From Elusimicrobium minutum (GTDB lineage: Bacteria > Elusimicrobiota > Elusimicrobia > Elusimicrobiales > UBA9959), in the NCBI GenBank assembly GCA_020723765.1, contig DYIF01000009.1:6583-70582 (forward strand): a stretch of DNA of 64,000 bases, in the 5' to 3' direction. Position numbers and translations under genes: made by a program. The stretch's first letter is position 1; each line of letters begins with the position of its first letter. Of the stretch, positions 63,727 through 64,000 are shown piece after piece. Below the pieces are notes generated by a model. The model was not told where the DNA came from, did not search any database, and saw only the letters and a program-made list of their open reading frames with translations.

Positions 63727-64000
63727 ATGAAAAAAATTATCGCGATTGTTTTCGGTTTGGCGGTCGTTTCATGCGCTCCTTCCAAATCGATAAAAATGGA
63801 CCATACCACAACGGTAAAAGAGACCGAAAAAGTGGATGCCAAATATATAGGGCCGAAGAGAAGAATAGGAGTCGTCGAATTTGAAAACAAAACGGCATAC
63901 GGTCAAAAAAGATTGGGTCAGGCCGCAAGCGACATCCTTATTACCGAACTTGTAAAATCCGAAAAATTTATAGTAGTGGAAAGGGACAGGCTTGAAAAAA
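63727..64000 (+). CDS. CsgG-family lipoprotein, 3' partial
   Basis: It follows a GGAGG RBS and has the lipobox VVSC. RRIGVVEFENKTAYGQKRLGQAASDILITELVKSEKFIVVERDRLE matches the CsgG N-terminal pattern. The ORF is open to the window end. Confidence 0.75.
   Translation, partial: MKKIIAIVFGLAVVSCAPSKSIKMDHTTTVKETEKVDAKYIGPKRRIGVVEFENKTAYGQKRLGQAASDILITELVKSEKFIVVERDRLEK

Noticed and set aside
1-64000. CRISPR arrays, IS elements, transposases, integrases and rRNA genes
   Set aside because: I saw no regularly spaced direct repeats, no DDE or tyrosine/serine recombinase-like ORFs, and no rRNA-like conserved stretches on either strand.

Overview
This is a gene-dense, AT-rich but CpG-rich chromosomal segment from a diderm bacterium. 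The diderm call rests on a GT9 LPS heptosyltransferase, a PilQ secretin, TolC/RND efflux genes, Lgt and many lipoproteins. I cannot assign a taxon from sequence alone. Almost all genes are on the + strand, and many are translationally coupled by ATGA or TAATG overlaps.

Gene order:
- An envelope/LPS operon: YejM-like sulfatase-fold protein, GT9, radical-SAM/SPASM enzyme, SAM methyltransferase and a small Cys-bearing lipoprotein.
- A Bacillus-like heat-shock operon, hrcA-grpE-dnaK-dnaJ-rsmE-mtaB, behind a textbook sigma70 promoter plus a CIRCE operator.
- korAB, encoding 2-oxoacid:ferredoxin oxidoreductase.
- pilM-N-O-(P)-Q, followed by two Wzy_C/TPR membrane proteins, a PLD-type cardiolipin synthase and a secreted hypothetical protein.
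- A minus-strand operon: M16 peptidase pair, GtrA and an FAD oxidoreductase.
- A multi-cluster flavoprotein plus a DAO-type oxidase pair.
- A roughly 2 kb CpG-poor islet abutting the 3' end of tRNA-Glu(CUC). It carries an ABC-type ATPase and a small Toprim-like protein (OLD/PARIS-like), the latter interrupted at an A8 slippery run.
- htpX and a GNAT-like gene.
- A TetR::TolC in-frame ORF, a hairpin-less membrane fusion protein and an RND pump.
- A cluster led by a c-di-GMP-I (GEMM-I)-like riboswitch. It encodes a PorV-like outer-membrane barrel with TPR, a membrane-anchored FliG-like/TPR protein, a 927-aa coiled coil, FlbD, MotA, MotB and a lipoprotein. No other flagellar gene is in view, and this is my top candidate for an undescribed system.
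- A 310-bp repeat-structured spacer.
- Housekeeping genes: phosphohexomutase, eno, ftsB, an MBL hydrolase, a HAD hydrolase, lgt, a pseudouridine synthase, DUF4912 plus a GH57 branching enzyme, and a flavodiiron protein.
- A CsgG-like lipoprotein cluster running off the window end.

I saw no rRNA, CRISPR array, transposase or integrase. All family assignments come from motif recognition by eye, with no searches run.
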